Shown here: piece after piece, positions 63,839 through 64,000 of the stretch | Layout: each line of letters opens with the position of its first letter | Position numbering within the stretch: the stretch's first letter is position 1 | Assembly: GCA_963831325.1 (NCBI GenBank) | Contig: CAWHQA010000038.1 | Location: forward strand, 290,907 to 354,906 | DNA: 64,000 bases | Origin: an uncultured Actinomycetes bacterium | GTDB lineage: Bacteria; Actinomycetota; UBA4738; HRBIN12 | Reading direction: 5' to 3' | The notes under the pieces: model-generated | Databases searched by the model: none | Seen by the model: only the letters and a program-made list of their open reading frames with translations | Told to the model about the DNA's origin: nothing | Translations under genes and position numbers: made by a program

Positions 63839-64000
63839 GCTGAACAGCGGAGCCTGGTCCGGATGCGCGGGCTCGTCCACACTCGAGGTAGACACATCCG
63901 GACCAGGCGGCTTCGTCGATGGGACCTCGAGGATCGGCGCCGGATAGCCGGTCTCTGCCAGGAGGTCTGAGTCCCACCATGGTGCGAAGATCTGCGGTGC
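63839..64000 (-). CDS. 3' end of an unidentified gene entering from the right window edge
   Basis: Not in the ORF track. My minus-strand translation gives APQIFAPWWDSDLLAETGYPAPILEVPSTKPPGPDVSTSSVDEPAHPDQAPLFS-stop (TAG 63839..63841). The composition is protein-like, unlike the two alternative frames. Confidence 0.3.

Overview
This is a 64-kb high-GC chromosomal window; sampled 60-nt lines are mostly 62-75% GC. Gene content looks actinobacterial: an ECF42-type sigma factor with DGPF/YCII partners, an F420-type deazaflavin oxidoreductase, EtfBA plus an EtfD-like membrane Fe-S oxidoreductase, a UvrD-type helicase with an HRDC tail, and likely leaderless starts. I found no rRNA, tRNA, CRISPR array, transposase, integrase or phage genes. 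Left to right: a Zn/Mn ABC importer; mutY; a CBS protein; a yciI-yciI-ECF sigma module; an MBOAT/SGNH acyltransferase pair; TrpB2 and a Rieske ferredoxin; and a block of frame-disrupted genes (CDP-alcohol phosphatidyltransferase, greA, aldehyde dehydrogenase, SDR). Next comes a GntR-headed operon (class I aldolase, Zn-ADH, FGGY kinase) lying divergent to a permease, a glutamine-synthetase-like ligase and an ethanolamine-kinase-like gene. Further right are MaoC, etfB-etfA-etfD, an SDR and an acyl-CoA dehydrogenase; two tandem GATase-1 genes, one fused to GrpB; a heavily disrupted LD-carboxypeptidase and five-gene peptide ABC transporter; and a disrupted CoA-transferase and methyltransferase. 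An eight-gene co-directional run follows (ankyrin, ChlI-like ATPase, membrane protein, TetR, cupin, NERD-like, vWA, anchored protein). Then come the helicase; a tightly overlapped HAD/MenG-like methyltransferase/membrane/PLP-decarboxylase/VOC operon; an MpaB-like oxygenase; DUF5317; and a lower-GC stretch (about 53-60% in sampled lines) holding two paralogous orphan HisKA_3 sensor kinases that flank a 27-codon signal-peptide-like sORF. The window ends with small accessory genes, an MDR oxidoreductase, DUF72 and a PD40 beta-propeller lipoprotein. About 20 conserved genes are split across reading frames, and these disruptions cluster strongly. All four sites I resolved by eye look like single-base insertions in short G/C runs. 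Assembly indels are therefore as likely as true pseudogenes, although one in-frame TAG is also present. The leads I rate highest are the orphan-kinase/sORF island, the GntR-centred divergent gene set with shared palindromic operators, the interrupted ATPase-vWA pair, and the overlapped five-gene operon. All functional calls rest on motif recognition by eye; no database search was run.
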